64,000 nt of DNA from Patescibacteria group bacterium. Lineage in GTDB: Bacteria > Patescibacteriota > Minisyncoccia > Phycocordibacterales > UBA12079. Location: positions 11,677 to 75,676 of the forward strand of contig JAYEKM010000008.1 of assembly GCA_034661035.1 (NCBI GenBank). Direction: 5' to 3'. The notes below the pieces were generated by a model. The model was not told the DNA's origin and searched no databases. It worked only from the letters and a program-made list of their open reading frames with translations. Of this stretch, positions 16,780 to 26,388 are shown piece after piece (position 1 is the stretch's first letter; each line of letters begins with the position of its first letter). Made by a program: the position numbers and the translations under genes.

Positions 16780-19161
16780 TCAAATAACTATATTAAAAAT
16801 CTTGTTTTTTATATAAATACTCTTTTTAACCTCTTGACCGTCCAACCACTTTTGAACCCGTAAATCTGAGAGGACTTTGTCTTTTACCTCCTTCTCGGAA
16901 TCCTCGTCCCTAACCTCAATTTCAGCCCTTACTTTACCGTTTATTTGAACAGCTACTGTGTAAAGATCATCCTTAGCTAGCTTCTCGTCATAGGCTGGCC
17001 ACTTTTCCAGATGGATAGAAGAATCATGACCTAGGCTATTCCAAATCTCTTCTGTTATGTGAGGTGTAAATGGTGATAATATCCTCAAAAACTTTTCAAA
17101 ATCTTTTTGAGAGATCTGAGAAGTTTTTACCACCTTCATGAATTTCATCATTTCAGAAACAGCCGTATTATATTTCAATCCATTGATATCATTTCCAACT
17201 TTTCTGATAGTCTTATGTAAAACGTTCTGAACTTCTTGAGAAGTCGTTTCTTCTAATTTTTCTCTTTGATAAAAAACTTTTTCCAAAAACCGATAGACTC
17301 CAACAATATTATCTTCATTCCACATTACTTCATCCTCCAAAGGTGTTGCAAAAAGTATGTAAGTTCTAACCGAGTCTGCACCAAATCTTTCTACCATCTC
17401 ATTAGGATTCACTACATTCCCTTTTGACTTAGACATTTTCTTCCCTTCTCCATCTAGAATCATCCCTTGATGTCTTAATTTCAAAAAAGGTTCATTGAAA
17501 TCTAACAATCCAATTTTGTTCATCGCTTTAACAAAAAATCGTGAAAATAAAAGATGCATATAAGTATGTTCTGCTCCACCAATATACAAATCAACCGGCA
17601 ACCATTTTTTACGATCTTCCGAACAAAATTCTCTTTCATTATGAACATCAGGATATCTCAAAAAATACCATGACGAATCTACAAAAGTATCCATCGTATC
17701 AAACTCTGGTGTCCAACCTTTCCCAAAAATTTTTTCTGTCCTCTCTCTCAATTCTTTTGATTTTTCTAGAGGTGATTTTCCTGATGGAATAAAGTCAACG
17801 TCGGTTGGCAATAACCAAGGTAAGTGTTCTTCTGGAATTAATTTAGCTTCTCCTTCTGGTGAATAAACAATTGGAATTGGGCAACCCCAATACCTTTGAC
17901 GAGACATAGACCAATCCCTAAGGCGATAATTAGAAGTCGATTCTCCTTCTACAAATTCTGTAATTTTTTGTTTAGCTTCTTCAGAAGTCATTCCATCAAA
18001 TTGAGTAGAGTTTACCAAAACTCCATCACCAGAATAAGATTCTTCTTTTATATCTCCACCAGAGATAACTTCTCTTATATCCAAACCAAATTTGGTAGCA
18101 AATTCAAAATCTCTTTCATCATGAGCGGGGACAGCCATGATTGCCCCAGTTCCATAACCACTTAAAACATAATCAGCAATAAAAATAGGGATTTCTTCTT
18201 TATTAGCTGGATTAGTAGCAAAAATTCCCTCTAACTTTACTCCTGTTTTATCTTTAGCTTCAATTCTATCCATTTCAGTCTTACTCTGAGCTTCTTTGAT
18301 GTATTTTTCTACTTCTTCCCAATTCTCAACTTTTTCTTTTAAATCTTGAACTAATTGGTGCTCAGGAGCCAATACCATATAAGTCGCTCCGAATAATGTA
18401 TCTGGGCGAGTAGTAAATACCTCTATTTCTTTTTCAACTTTAGACTTTGGACTTTGGACTTTAAAGACTATTTTTGCCCCTTCTGACTTTCCAATCCAAT
18501 TTTTTTGATTTTTTTTCGTATGTTCTGGCCAATCAACAATATCTAAATCATTAATCAGGTCGTCAGCAAATTCTGTAATCTTAAAAAACCAACTTGGAAT
18601 TTCTTTTTGAACAATTTGAGTTCCGCAACGCTCACATTCCCCACCTACTACTTGTTCATTAGCAATACCAGTCTGGCAAGATTCACACCAATTAATTTTA
18701 GAAGTTTTTTTATAAACTAAATCATTTTCAAAAAATTTAATAAACAACCATTGTGTCCACTTATAATATTCTGGTTCATAAGTAACTACTTTTTCATCAA
18801 AATCATATCGTAAACCTAAAAGCTTCATTTGCTTTATATAATTATCAATATTTTTAGCTGTGCTGATCTCAGGGGCAATCCCTGTTTTAATTGCATAGTT
18901 TTCAGCCGGCAAACCAAAAGCATCAAAGCCTTGTGGATGCAAAACATTAAAACCTTGCATGGTCTTAAAACGGGTAAACACGTCACTGGCTGTATAAGAT
19001 TCAGTATGCCCCATATGAAGACCATCTCCTGATGGATAAGGAAACATATCCAACATATAAAATTTTTTCTTAGTATTGTCCTTATCTATATTAACAACTT
19101 GGTTGTCTTCCCAAATCTTTTGCCATTTTTTCTCTATTTTTTTATGGTTATACTTTTCCAT
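16780..19161 (-). CDS. leuS: leucyl-tRNA synthetase
   Basis: MFPYPSGDGLHMGH (HIGH), KMSKSKGNV and the LeuRS-specific GFDAFGLPAE. Confidence 0.95.
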   Translation of the reverse strand: MEKYNHKKIEKKWQKIWEDNQVVNIDKDNTKKKFYMLDMFPYPSGDGLHMGHTESYTASDVFTRFKTMQGFNVLHPQGFDAFGLPAENYAIKTGIAPEISTAKNIDNYIKQMKLLGLRYDFDEKVVTYEPEYYKWTQWLFIKFFENDLVYKKTSKINWCESCQTGIANEQVVGGECERCGTQIVQKEIPSWFFKITEFADDLINDLDIVDWPEHTKKNQKNWIGKSEGAKIVFKVQSPKSKVEKEIEVFTTRPDTLFGATYMVLAPEHQLVQDLKEKVENWEEVEKYIKEAQSKTEMDRIEAKDKTGVKLEGIFATNPANKEEIPIFIADYVLSGYGTGAIMAVPAHDERDFEFATKFGLDIREVISGGDIKEESYSGDGVLVNSTQFDGMTSEEAKQKITEFVEGESTSNYRLRDWSMSRQRYWGCPIPIVYSPEGEAKLIPEEHLPWLLPTDVDFIPSGKSPLEKSKELRERTEKIFGKGWTPEFDTMDTFVDSSWYFLRYPDVHNEREFCSEDRKKWLPVDLYIGGAEHTYMHLLFSRFFVKAMNKIGLLDFNEPFLKLRHQGMILDGEGKKMSKSKGNVVNPNEMVERFGADSVRTYILFATPLEDEVMWNEDNIVGVYRFLEKVFYQREKLEETTSQEVQNVLHKTIRKVGNDINGLKYNTAVSEMMKFMKVVKTSQISQKDFEKFLRILSPFTPHITEEIWNSLGHDSSIHLEKWPAYDEKLAKDDLYTVAVQINGKVRAEIEVRDEDSEKEVKDKVLSDLRVQKWLDGQEVKKSIYIKNKIFNIVI
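18438..18465 (-). repeat. heptanucleotide tandem repeat (AAAGTCC/AAAGTCT) inside leuS
   Basis: + strand ctttaga ctttgga ctttgga ctttaaa; on the coding strand it encodes FKVQSPKSKVE. Same unit family as the tsaD repeat. Confidence 0.85.
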
Positions 19162-19211
19162 TTTTAGTTTAAAGTTACTCTCAATAATATCAAAACAAGT
19201 TTGTTATTACA

Positions 19212-19251
19212 ATACAAAAAAAGAGACCTCGTACAGACAATGTACGAGGTC
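19212..19251 (-). terminator. rho-independent terminator for the small GC-rich gene, just upstream of leuS
   Basis: GACCTCGTACA-TTGTC-TGTACGAGGTC followed on the minus strand by TCTCTTTTTTTG. Confidence 0.65.
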
Positions 19252-19265
19252 AAAAGAGAGAGAAA

Positions 19266-19490
19266 CTACTCGATCTGAAGGATCCAAGGATCCTTCTTAG
19301 GGAAGGTCCGAAAATTACCAAAGTTATGGGCCAACCTGCCCGCAAAAGACCAAAAGCCCTCAAGGCTCTGCGTCATCTTCATCCCAGAAGCAATAACCCC
19401 CAAATTAGCACCCTTTCGGAAAAGGTTAATGGAACCATAGGTACTATTTCCTCTCAATTCATCGCCCGACTGCAATTCAACTTTTGCCAT
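19266..19490 (-). CDS. hypothetical small protein (74 aa), GC-rich gene with strong SD
   Basis: AAGGAGGG-5nt-ATG. MAKVELQSGDEL..ASGMKMT.. has weak, unconvincing similarity to IF-1. Local GC is well above the window average. Confidence 0.45.
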   Translation of the reverse strand: MAKVELQSGDELRGNSTYGSINLFRKGANLGVIASGMKMTQSLEGFWSFAGRLAHNFGNFRTFPKKDPWILQIE

Positions 19491-19589
19491 TTCACCCTCC
19501 TTGTTTGAAAAGAACAACTTAGCCTACCCTTGTAGCAAACTATGTTGAAAACTATATTAGATAAAAATAATTTTGTCAACTCCTGATGT

Positions 19590-20705
19590 TTATATTTTAA
19601 ACTCAATCACATCTCCATCTTGAACAATATAAGTCTTCCCTTCTGTTCTTATTAAACCTTCTTCCCGAGCTTTAGTTCTAGAACCAGATGCTAACAAATC
19701 TTGCCAATTAATGACATCAGCTTTTATAAATTTATCTTTAAAATCTGTATGAATTGCTGTACCAGCTTGAGGTGCAGTTGATTCCTTTTTTGTAGTCCAA
19801 GCTCTAGATTCATCTTCCCCTGTAGTAAAGTAAGTAATCAGATTTAATAATTCATAACCCTTTCTAATTAGAAAATCAATATCATCACAGGAACCTCCTA
19901 ATGTCTGTTTGTAATCAACTTTTTCATCTTCAGACAAACCATTCAATTCATGCTCAACCTGAGCATCAATTTTTATCCATTTGGAACCTTGCCTACCGAC
20001 AGGCAAGTTGCTTTTTTCTAAAAACTGCTCCACTTTCGTCCAACGAGGATCATCTGTCTCATCTAAATTCTTCCCACCCATTTTTTTGTTAAAAGCATAA
20101 AGAATTGGTTTCATGGTTAGAAGATGTAATCCTTTTATAATTTGATACTCTTCTTCGTCTAAATCCAAAGATGAGGCTAACTGACCATCACCAAGAACCT
20201 TTTCAAACTTAAGCAAAACGTTGTTTTCAGAAATAGCAACTTTATCCTGCCTTTTTACATCTCTTGAAAGATTAGCTATTCTCTTTGTAACAGTCTGAAA
20301 ATCTGCCATAACTAACTCTAAGTTGATTACTTCAATATCATCTATAGGACTAATTTTCCCATCTACATGAATAACCTTGTCATCTTCAAAAATTCGCACC
20401 ATTTCAATAATAGCGTCCACCTCTCTAATATTGGCTAAAAACTTATTTCCTAAACCCTCCCCCGAATGTGCTCCTTTAACTAGACCAGCGATATCAACAA
20501 ACTCAATAGCTGCATGGACAGTTTTCACCGAATTAGAGAATTTACTTAATTTATCTAAACGATCATCGGGAACAGAAACAACACCAACCGATGGGTCAAT
20601 TGTGCAAAAAGGATAATTTTCCGCTGATACAGATTTTTCAGTCAAAGCGTTAAAGAGAGTCGACTTACCAACATTGGGTAAACCTACGATACCAATAGAC
20701 AACAT
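19590..20705 (-). CDS. ychF: ribosome-binding ATPase YchF/Ola1
   Basis: GIVGLPNVGKSTLFNALT Walker A, C-terminal TGS domain. Confidence 0.9.
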   Translation of the reverse strand: MLSIGIVGLPNVGKSTLFNALTEKSVSAENYPFCTIDPSVGVVSVPDDRLDKLSKFSNSVKTVHAAIEFVDIAGLVKGAHSGEGLGNKFLANIREVDAIIEMVRIFEDDKVIHVDGKISPIDDIEVINLELVMADFQTVTKRIANLSRDVKRQDKVAISENNVLLKFEKVLGDGQLASSLDLDEEEYQIIKGLHLLTMKPILYAFNKKMGGKNLDETDDPRWTKVEQFLEKSNLPVGRQGSKWIKIDAQVEHELNGLSEDEKVDYKQTLGGSCDDIDFLIRKGYELLNLITYFTTGEDESRAWTTKKESTAPQAGTAIHTDFKDKFIKADVINWQDLLASGSRTKAREEGLIRTEGKTYIVQDGDVIEFKI

Positions 20706-20834
20706 AATTAAAAAAAATTATAGATTTTAAATTATAAATTATAGATTTTTGAATAACTCAATTAGTTGGATTATTCAAAAGCCCTCCTCATAATAGCCAA
20801 TTTAAACATAAAACTCAACTCGAACGTCCCAAAT

Positions 20835-20868
20835 AAAAAACGGAGAGGTTTAACCTCTCCGTTTTTTA
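20835..20868. terminator. bidirectional terminator
   Basis: AAAAAACGGAGAGGTT-TAACCTCTCCGTTTTTT. Confidence 0.7.
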
Positions 20869-20892
20869 TTTACCTATTTTAAAAATTTAAAA

Positions 20893-21240
20893 TTACAATG
20901 ATTTCAAATCTTCAATAGCCTCATCAACACTACTAGCATCTTCACTTGAAGATTCCACTGCAGGTGCACTAGGCATAGGTCGGTTACTTCCTTCAGGTTC
21001 GTTGATTTTCAAATTAACACGAGAATTATTTTTCATTCCAACAACTCTTAAAAGAGTCCTTATGGCCTTAGCTGTGTTTCCACTTTTACCAATAATCTTA
21101 CCCATATCTGCTGGATCAACATCAAGAGTAATTAAAACTCCCATTTCATCTACTTTTCTATCAACTCTTACAGCTTCTGGATTGTCAACTAATTCTTTGA
21201 CAACATATTCCAAAAACTCTACATCTTTAATTTCTGACAT
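20893..21240 (-). CDS. khpA: KH-domain RNA-binding protein (KhpA/YlqC-like)
   Basis: KIIGKSGNTAKAIRTLL KH core; 115 aa. Confidence 0.7.
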   Translation of the reverse strand: MSEIKDVEFLEYVVKELVDNPEAVRVDRKVDEMGVLITLDVDPADMGKIIGKSGNTAKAIRTLLRVVGMKNNSRVNLKINEPEGSNRPMPSAPAVESSSEDASSVDEAIEDLKSL

Positions 21241-21302
21241 AAATATTTATTAACAATAATTCATAATCTTGTAAAACAAAAGCAGTTGTCGACCACTGCT
21301 GA

Positions 21303-21481
21303 GAGTTTGTTCAGGACCTCACCGCAAATTAAAAAATAAATGCTTGTCAACTGAAATTTCGAAATTTTTGCTACAAATTGTCTTCTTTCCCTCAATATAC
21401 TTATGTATGTTTCGTCAAAAAAGATAATTTTCGCTAAAAATTTAGAAAATTTCAGTCAGACATGAGATCCCGAACAAACTC
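21303..21481. repeat. nested imperfect inverted repeats in the khpA/wbaP-like intergenic region
   Basis: Outer GAGTTTGTTCAGGA / TCCCGAACAAACTC; inner CTGAAATTTCGAAATTT / AAATTTAGAAAATTTCAG. Confidence 0.45.
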
Positions 21482-21558
21482 TAAAACAATTTTAACAAGT
21501 TAAAGAAAAAAATCAACACTCTTACTTTATTACGGCTATCGCTTTTTTTGAGAAATAT

Positions 21559-21566
21559 TGTATAAT
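21559..21566 (+). promoter_or_regulatory. extended -10 (TGTATAAT) for the wbaP-like gene
   Basis: TGnTATAAT about 22 nt upstream of AAGGATA-ATG at 21588. Confidence 0.4.
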
Positions 21567-21587
21567 TTCCACCAAATACAAAGGATA

Positions 21588-22940
21588 ATGCTGATTTTAA
21601 ACAAAAAAGAACCGATATTCCTTTTCATTGGCGATATTTTATTTTTTACCATAGCGCTTTGGTTAACTCTTCTCATTCGTTATGCAAAAATACCAAGTCA
21701 AACTTTTTTTACTGATCACCTAGCTCCTTTCTCTATTCTCTTCCTCTTCTGGGCAATTTCTTTCTTTATCGCAGGTCTCTATGAGAGACAAGCCCTAGTT
21801 CAAAGGAGATCTTTTTTCTCAATCATTATTAATACACAAATCGTTAATAGTATCGTTGCTATTATCTTCTTTTACTTTATCCCTATCTTTGGACTTGCCC
21901 CAAAAACTATCATTTTCATATACTTAATTATTTCTCTCATACTAATCCTCATCTGGAGAACTTATATCGTTCCCTCTTTAGGCGTTAAACACAAATTCAA
22001 CGCTATGTTAATTGGAAGAGGGGAAGAAATGAATAAAATCAAAAAAGAAGTAAATAATAATCCTTGGTATAATCTCCAATTCGTTTTAATTATTAACCTA
22101 GACAGAAAATCAAAAATAGATTTCCAAAAAGATATCCTCAACCCTATTTATGAACGCAATGTTTCAACAGTCGTTATGGATTTGAATGATCCAGAATTAC
22201 AAAAAACTGTTCCTTATTTTTACAACCTAATCTTTTCTAAAATTAAGTTTTTAGACATCCATAAAGTTTACGAAGATATTTTTGATAGAATCCCAATCTC
22301 TCTTATCAAATATCACTGGTTCTTAGAAAACATTAATTCTTCAAAAAGACACTTTTATTCTTTTTCCAAGAGATTAATGGATATCGTTATTGCCTTACCT
22401 CTAACCATTATCTTTTTCATAATTTGTCCTTTTATTTGGTTCGCTATGAAAACAGAAGATAAGGGACCTTTATTTTATTTTCCAGAAAGAACAGGTCGGA
22501 ATAACAGTATCATCAAGCTGATAAAATTCCGTACTATGACCCAGACATTAACAGATGCTAGTGATTGGGGAAAAGGTAAAAATAAGATTACTAAAGTAGG
22601 AGGGTTCCTAAGAAAATGGAGAATAGATGAATTACCTCAGGCATTAAATGTTCTGAAAGGTGATATCTCTCTCATCGGACCACGACCAGAATTTATGTCA
22701 GCTGTGGAACAATATGAAAAGAAAATCCCTCATTACGGAATCCGCCATTTAATAAAACCTGGTTTATCTGGCTGGGCTCAAATTTATCACAAAGAAGCTC
22801 CCCGCCACGAAGTTGATATTAAACAAACTAAGATAAAGCTTTCCTATGATCTATTTTACATAAAAAACCAATCATTTTTGATTGATTTAAAAATTGCTTT
22901 AAAAACAATTAAAACTCTTATTTCCCGTAGCGGTTCTTAA
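21588..22940 (+). CDS. polyprenyl-phosphate glycosyl-1-phosphate transferase (WbaP/WcaJ-like bacterial sugar transferase)
   Basis: Multi-TM N-terminus; C-terminal Bac_transf region RLMDIVIALPL..KFRTM..RIDELPQALNVLKGDISLIGPRP. The track ATG at 21558 lies inside the -10, so the in-frame 21588 start is preferred. Confidence 0.8.
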   Translation: MLILNKKEPIFLFIGDILFFTIALWLTLLIRYAKIPSQTFFTDHLAPFSILFLFWAISFFIAGLYERQALVQRRSFFSIIINTQIVNSIVAIIFFYFIPIFGLAPKTIIFIYLIISLILILIWRTYIVPSLGVKHKFNAMLIGRGEEMNKIKKEVNNNPWYNLQFVLIINLDRKSKIDFQKDILNPIYERNVSTVVMDLNDPELQKTVPYFYNLIFSKIKFLDIHKVYEDIFDRIPISLIKYHWFLENINSSKRHFYSFSKRLMDIVIALPLTIIFFIICPFIWFAMKTEDKGPLFYFPERTGRNNSIIKLIKFRTMTQTLTDASDWGKGKNKITKVGGFLRKWRIDELPQALNVLKGDISLIGPRPEFMSAVEQYEKKIPHYGIRHLIKPGLSGWAQIYHKEAPRHEVDIKQTKIKLSYDLFYIKNQSFLIDLKIALKTIKTLISRSGS

Positions 22941-22968
22941 TTTCATCTAAATTAGATTATGTTACAAT

Positions 22969-22992
22969 ATTCACCCTGTTAAATAACTTTAA
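22969..22992 (-). promoter_or_regulatory. copy of the conserved 5' motif TTATTTAAYAGGGTRAAT (minus orientation)
   Basis: tcACCCTGTTAAATAActttaaat. Confidence 0.4.
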
Positions 22993-23159
22993 ATTTTACA
23001 GAAAAATGTTTTATGTATATGTGTTACAATCAAATGAAGACAAAAGGTTTCGTGCAGATTATACAAAAAATTTAAAGTTAAGATTTGACCGTCATAATAA
23101 AAAAATTTTATTTAACAATACAAAAACATACTATGGAAAAACATTTATTAGAAAAAGGG

Positions 23160-23184
23160 TCAAATCTTATTTAATAGGGTAAAT
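23160..23184 (+). promoter_or_regulatory. conserved 5' UTR/promoter module directly abutting the PAP2 start codon
   Basis: TCAAATCTTATTTAATAGGGTAAAT-ATG; 24/25 identical to the module at 27228 on the opposite strand. Confidence 0.5.
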
Positions 23185-23733
23185 ATGAACGAAAATATTT
23201 TTTATTTTTTCAGCAACTTAGTATTTAGAAACGAAATGGTTGATATGTTAATTGTCTTTTTAGCTGATTGGCTTATTTGGTGGATGATCTTTTTTGTGGC
23301 TGTTCTATTTTTTCTAAAAAAAATATCTTTCAAGATAATTTTGAAAATACTAACAGCGACATTAGCCGCTTGGTTAATTTCTAAATTAATTAAGCACTTT
23401 TACTTTAGTCCCCGACCTTTTGTCTTATTAACTGATATAAAAACACTTTTTACTCATGGGCTTAATGATTCTTTCCCGTCTGGTCATACAACTTTTGCAT
23501 TTGCCTTAGCAACAGCTATTTCCCTCTTTTCAAATTGGAAAACCGGTTTATTCTTTTTCGTTAGTGCAATCCTGATTGGACTATCCAGAATTACAGTAGG
23601 AATTCATTGGCCTCTTGATATTTTAGGAGGATTAGTTCTAGGAGTAATAATTTCTTCAATTTTTTATTTTTTGCAAAAAACAAAGGTGAGTCGATTTAAC
23701 GACTCACCTCAGGATAAAACTTCAAATGTTTAA
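23185..23733 (+). CDS. PAP2-family phosphatase (likely undecaprenyl-diphosphate phosphatase)
   Basis: PAP2 motifs PSGHTT and SRITVGIHWPLD. Confidence 0.8.
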   Translation: MNENIFYFFSNLVFRNEMVDMLIVFLADWLIWWMIFFVAVLFFLKKISFKIILKILTATLAAWLISKLIKHFYFSPRPFVLLTDIKTLFTHGLNDSFPSGHTTFAFALATAISLFSNWKTGLFFFVSAILIGLSRITVGIHWPLDILGGLVLGVIISSIFYFLQKTKVSRFNDSPQDKTSNV

Positions 23734-23763
23734 ACATAACAAGAATCCTTTTCTGTTAAAATG

Positions 23764-23886
23764 TTATTGACGTTTGAAAATAACTTTTTCCCCACACTCT
23801 GGGCAAACACAATGTACACATTTATCTTCCTCATGAGATAACACCAAACGAGTATTACATGCTTCACATCTTCTTCTTATAGTCAT
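23764..23886 (-). CDS. hypothetical 40-aa zinc-ribbon protein (below the ORF-track size cutoff)
   Basis: MTIRRRCEACNTRLVLSHEEDKCVHCVCPECGEKVIFKRQ; three CxxC pairs; SD GGGAGG 8 nt upstream. Confidence 0.5.
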   Translation of the reverse strand: MTIRRRCEACNTRLVLSHEEDKCVHCVCPECGEKVIFKRQ

Positions 23887-23973
23887 AGCTCTTTCCTCCC
23901 TATCCCCATGAAAAAATTAAAGATCAACCTAAATTGATTATCTACCTATTTAGATATCTTTCAACTAAAGAAA

Positions 23974-25554
23974 GTGGATAACTACCCGTATTGTTTTTTT
24001 GGATTCAAACAGTTATTCTATATAGCAATGAGAAATACCAAAGAGCTTATATCCTTGTTAGATTCCCCTGATAAAGAAGATCAGAAGATGATCATCAAGG
24101 CTTATGATTTTGCCCAAAAAGCTCACTCAAAACAACTACGTTATTCGGGAGAACCTTACTTTGTCCATTCTTACGAGACAGGGAAAAATTTAGCCTTATT
24201 AGGCATGGGAGCTATTGTCGTTACAGCTGGCTTATTACACGATGTCATAGAAGACGCTGATGTCAGTGAGGATGAAATTGAAAAAGAATTTGGAGAAGAG
24301 ATTCTCTTTCTAATCCAAGGAGTTACCAAGTTGGGTAAAATACGTTTCCGAGGACTAAAAAGACATGCTGAAAGTTTAAGAAAATTATTTGTAGCTTCTT
24401 CTCAAGATATTCGAGTAATCATAATTAAGTTAGCTGACCGTATCCATAATATGGAAACTCTTAAATATGTCCCCGAAGAAAAACAACTTCGTATCGCAAC
24501 CGAAACCCTAGAAATTTTTGCTCCTCTTGCCTACCGTCTAGGTATGGGAATCCTAAACAGACAGCTAGAAGATTTGTCTTTTCCGTTTGTTTATCCTAAA
24601 GAACATACAAGAGTACAGGAGATAATGAAGGAAAAAAATAATGAAGATATTGAACTATTAAAAAAAGTTAGTCAAACTATTATAAAAAGATTAGCTAAGG
24701 AAGGTATCACTAATATTAAAACTAGTTACAGAAAGAAAGGTTCTTATAGTTTATACAAAAAACTTGAAAGAAAAAGTTGGGATGTGAATAAAATCTACGA
24801 TATTTTTGCCTTGAGAATTATTGTTCCCACTGTTAACGACTGTTACAAAGCCCTTGGAATTATCCACGGATTTAGAAGACCGATGCCTGGCAGAATAAAA
24901 GATTACATTGCTTTTTCAAAACCAAATGGTTATCAAAGTATTCATACAACAATTTTCACAAGATTTGGAAATGTTGTAGAGATCCAATTAAGAACTGCTG
25001 AGATGCACGAAAAAGCTGAATATGGAATTGCTTCACATCTATCATACAAGACCAAGAAAATTGGGAATGGGTCAGGTTCATCTCACAATATTTGGATCAA
25101 AAGACTTTTGCCGAATATTAATAAATTAAATAAAAATGGGGGCGACAAAAAAAATGGGGGTTCTGCCGATATCCCTGTTTGGATTAAAAAACTAGCTGAT
25201 AGTCCAAATAACATCCATTCTAAAGAATTTGTAGAAGAGTTAAAAAAAGATTTCTTTGAACATAGAATCTTTATTTTTACCCCTAAAGGGGATGTAATTG
25301 ATTTACCGACTGATTCTAGTCCAATTGATTTTGCTTATGCCATTCACTCTGATATTGGTAACCACATGTCTGAAGCAAAAGTCCATGGCAAATTAGTTTC
25401 TTTAGATACTAAACTACAAAACGGAGATATTGTAGAAATAACAACAAAAAAAGGAAACTCCCCTACCCGTAAATGGTTAAACATGGTAAGAACAACCGAC
25501 GCCAAAAGACATATCAAATCATCTTTAAAAAAACGAGAGGAAGTTAAAAATTAA
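23974..25554 (+). CDS. rel: bifunctional (p)ppGpp synthetase/hydrolase Rel/SpoT homologue (short form, no ACT domain)
   Basis: HD domain LLHDVIEDA, synthetase RIKDYIAFSKPNGYQSIHTTI and a TGS domain. True start may be ATG 24028. Confidence 0.85.
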   Translation: MDNYPYCFFGFKQLFYIAMRNTKELISLLDSPDKEDQKMIIKAYDFAQKAHSKQLRYSGEPYFVHSYETGKNLALLGMGAIVVTAGLLHDVIEDADVSEDEIEKEFGEEILFLIQGVTKLGKIRFRGLKRHAESLRKLFVASSQDIRVIIIKLADRIHNMETLKYVPEEKQLRIATETLEIFAPLAYRLGMGILNRQLEDLSFPFVYPKEHTRVQEIMKEKNNEDIELLKKVSQTIIKRLAKEGITNIKTSYRKKGSYSLYKKLERKSWDVNKIYDIFALRIIVPTVNDCYKALGIIHGFRRPMPGRIKDYIAFSKPNGYQSIHTTIFTRFGNVVEIQLRTAEMHEKAEYGIASHLSYKTKKIGNGSGSSHNIWIKRLLPNINKLNKNGGDKKNGGSADIPVWIKKLADSPNNIHSKEFVEELKKDFFEHRIFIFTPKGDVIDLPTDSSPIDFAYAIHSDIGNHMSEAKVHGKLVSLDTKLQNGDIVEITTKKGNSPTRKWLNMVRTTDAKRHIKSSLKKREEVKN

Positions 25555-25588
25555 AAACCGTGAGGAATTACCCTCACGGTTTTTAATT
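25553..25588. terminator. bidirectional terminator
   Basis: AAAACCGTGAGG-AATTA-CCCTCACGGTTTTT. Confidence 0.7.
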
Positions 25589-25595
25589 TTTAACT

Positions 25596-26222
25596 TTATT
25601 CTTTATCGAAAATTTTTTCAGGATTTTCTAACTTAATTCTTTTGTGATTCTCATAAGTTTCTTTCTTGTCCTTTTCTACTAATTTCAAAACTTTTTCAAC
25701 TAATCTTTTAGGATCAGAATCAAAAACAATATTATCATTTGGCCGATGAGCTTTTTCAATAATAAGTTGGATAATCTCATCTGTGGCCCAATCCCCTTCT
25801 AAAATACCCATTGGTTTTTCATCTTCAAAAGCAATGGTAAATTCGTGGATAGTTCCAACTCTTCCAGCAGAAATAAAAACTGCATCTACTGATTTGGTCA
25901 AAATCAAATCCCTCCCTGGATAACCAAAACCTGTATAAACAATCAAATCCATATACTCGGTCGGTAATTTGTAAGAATGTAAATGTTCATCCTCTGTGTC
26001 AGCAGGTGAGAACCCAATAGACATTCCCCCTTCATTTTTTGCCCCCTTAGCTGCCCACAAAGGCAAGCCTGTAGTAGCTCCTGTAACTAGAATACCTCCT
26101 TGTCTAATAATTTCTTTACCTAATTCTTCTGTCTTTACAACAGCATCTGGAGTTAAATGAGTTGTATCTGCTGAACCAGAGACACAAAGTTTAGGTTTCA
26201 AAAACATTCCTTTATCGTCCAT
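25596..26222 (-). CDS. LOG/TIGR00725-family Rossmann-fold protein
   Basis: VSGSADT..ILVTGATTGLP..ISAGRVGTIHEF pattern. Confidence 0.5.
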   Translation of the reverse strand: MDDKGMFLKPKLCVSGSADTTHLTPDAVVKTEELGKEIIRQGGILVTGATTGLPLWAAKGAKNEGGMSIGFSPADTEDEHLHSYKLPTEYMDLIVYTGFGYPGRDLILTKSVDAVFISAGRVGTIHEFTIAFEDEKPMGILEGDWATDEIIQLIIEKAHRPNDNIVFDSDPKRLVEKVLKLVEKDKKETYENHKRIKLENPEKIFDKE

Positions 26223-26258
26223 AATATTTTTCTTATGAGCAAAGCGAATTAGAAAAAT

Positions 26259-26279
26259 ATTACCCTGTTAAATCAAATT
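26259..26279 (-). promoter_or_regulatory. copy of the conserved TTTAACAGGGTAAT motif upstream of the LOG-like gene
   Basis: attACCCTGTTAAATcaaatt, about 35 nt upstream of the start. Confidence 0.4.
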
Positions 26280-26388
26280 TTGTAAAAATTTGATTCATTT
26301 GAGTTTTAAAAACTCAAATGATATTTAATATGGGTTATTCCAAAAAACTACTAAGCTCCTATTTATAATCTATAATTAAATTTAAGTT

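Noticed and set aside
19266-19490. Small protein considered as translation initiation factor IF-1
   Set aside because: Only loose spacing similarity (FR..G..ASGMKM). The invariant LPN..FRV and PYDL..GRI motifs are absent.
19250-19500. GC-rich island considered as RNase P RNA, SRP RNA or tmRNA
   Set aside because: No P4 GGAAAGTCCGGGC-type motif, no SRP AGGUCCGGAAGGAAGCAGC motif and no tRNA-like 3' end. A clean SD-ATG ORF with a terminator explains it better.
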